A stretch of 64,000 nt of DNA from Felis catus (lineage: Eukaryota), in the NCBI RefSeq assembly GCF_018350175.1, contig NC_058368.1, forward strand, positions 17,734,001 through 17,798,000, given 5' to 3'. Shown here piece by piece: positions 62,526-64,000 of the stretch. How positions within the stretch are numbered: the stretch's first letter is position 1; each line of letters begins with the position of its first letter. Both the position numbers and the translations under genes were made by a program. The notes under the pieces were generated by a model. It was not told the origin of the DNA. It worked only from the letters and a program-made list of their open reading frames with translations, and ran no database searches.

Positions 62526-63046
62526 ATACATGCTCTTAACCTCACCACTACATTGCTTGTCTCCAGATCATCAGAGAAGATTCCAGGGTGAATGAGAGCC
62601 CTTGACCCTGCCCCAAGGAGTTTATAAAATTAAGTATAATACAAAGTAGTATACATATCCCCAAGGAGAATATAAAATATTGTGGCGTTTCAAAGAAGGG
62701 AGAGATAATGTCTTATCAAAGAAAGGCAGAATATTTCATAAAGGCAAATAGCATTTTTTATTTGTTTTAATTCAGTCAACATACTTTTATTGAACTCTAT
62801 TTTCTTCCACCTCTTCAAAGAGTTCCCAGTCAAGTAATAACTACACGATGCAGTCACACTGACCTGTCCTCAGAAAACTATTCTGCCGCTTAAAGTCAGA
62901 GAATAAGATTTAAATATTCCCCAAATATGTTTCCATTTAACCTGCAACCCCTGAGCTACTTTTTAAAGAAGTAAGTATATCTGAAATGAATTTTTCTACC
63001 ATGCGACTCTATTTAACAGTTCAACGTGTGTTCGCGTTTGCACAAG

Positions 63047-63603
63047 TGTATTGAAATCCGACGTGCATATCGGAAGGTGCACATAATAAGTACACAGCTC
63101 AAAGAATTTCCACAAGCTGCATACACCAGTAACCTTTACTCGGATCAAAACAACAACGCGACTGGCACCCCACGAACCTTCATTCTGTGCCTTTTGTATC
63201 AGGATCTACCCCACATCCAACCATTATCCTAACTTCTAACAGACCAGATTGGTGTTGCCTGTCTTCGTACTTCTGTAAATGGAATCACAAATTATGTACT
63301 CTTCCGTTACAATCTCTTTCGCTCGACTTTATGTTTGTGAAATGCTGATGTCATCCAGGCTGCTGAGTGTCATGATGGTTGGTTCACTACCATTATGCTA
63401 GTGCTGCATACCATTGGGCCGGGTGAATATACCACATTATCAGCTCTGCTGTTGAGAGGCCTTCAATGGTTTCCAGTGTTTGTCTGCTACAAGAAAATGC
63501 TTCCGTGAACACTGTCACATATGCCTTTTCATTCACATACCTATATATTGCTGTTTTGAATATACTCAGGACTGGAATTGCTAGAGCAGAGTGTATGGGC
63601 ATT
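63047..63603 (-). mobile_element. Old L1 (L1MD/ME-like) 3' region
   Basis: gtaaatggaatcacaaattatgtactctt, gaatataccaca, aatgcttccgtgaaca, ggaattgctag reverse L1 3' motifs. Confidence 0.75.
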
Positions 63604-64000
63604 CCAAAAGGCATTTCCTACCTGGAAATCAAGCCCAGGAAATAACATTATGTGTTAGTACACATCAAATCAGAAAGCATTAATAAAACAAGCATCGCTT
63701 GTGAGAAGTGTCACCACTCACACCTAACTCTTTCCAGAGTCTGATTTTGGCCACAGTTCAAGAGTAGCCCATCAACGGGACTGGCATTTGTTGCCATTTT
63801 CCAAGACCTTACTTTTAAGATCTCACACTGAGCTTTAGGGTATGTGCTTTAGAACATCTGAAAACATTCTCAGGGGCCATTTTGGCTGGAGCACAGGTAG
63901 AAAAAGGAGCCCTGCTCTGGGGACTCTGGGGACTCTCTCTGGGGGCAATTTGTTTGCTTTGTTTTTCTCTTTTCCAGCGCAGTCAAGTTAATTTCACACG

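Larger units (their letters stand above)
61365..62555 (-). mobile_element. MIR SINE split by four Can-SINE insertions
   Basis: gagcatttactatatgtc...tcatttaatctt | catgacagctct...ccccattttataaagaaggaaactaa...gggacttgaacccg | ...tgctcttaacc. Confidence 0.75.
23312..64000 (-). other. LHFPL6: LHFPL6 upstream intron (intron 2, partial; preceding coding exon lies beyond the window)
   Basis: Inference: no sequence encoding the N-terminal LHFP region (MASSLTCTG...GGIQFLG) seen; this intron is very large in human as I recall. Confidence 0.8.

Noticed and set aside
1..64000. A novel multi-gene biological system
   Set aside because: Content is explained by one host-gene exon, introns and known mammalian repeat classes; no operon-like, viral-coding or unexplained coding block was seen

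Overview
This is mammalian genomic DNA, almost certainly from a felid (cat family): it carries about 32 carnivore tRNA-derived Can-SINEs, including young SINEC_Fc-type copies. The one protein-coding feature I can support is a 99-nt minus-strand exon at 23213-23311, bounded by canonical AG/GT sites. It encodes [34 protein letters not shown], which I recognise as the internal coding exon (exon 3 in human numbering) of LHFPL6/LHFP, a tetraspan membrane protein. The rest of the window is therefore inferred to be intronic: the upstream intron at 23312-64000 and the downstream intron at 1-23212. No other LHFPL6 exon was found. The introns contain Can-SINEs, L1 and L2 LINE fragments, MIRs, ERVL/MaLR solo LTRs, hAT/Tigger DNA-transposon relics, microsatellites and a 24-bp-unit minisatellite (38751-39388). 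Repeat subfamily names and many boundaries were assigned by eye and from memory, not by RepeatMasker. Almost all ORFs in the supplied track are repeat-derived or chance. I found no evidence of a novel multi-gene system. The most interesting observations are structural: the coded minisatellite, a fold-back SINE pair with near-identical inner arms, a both-ends-intact but internally deleted L1, a triple-nested SINE stack, and a frame-compatible candidate alternative exon.
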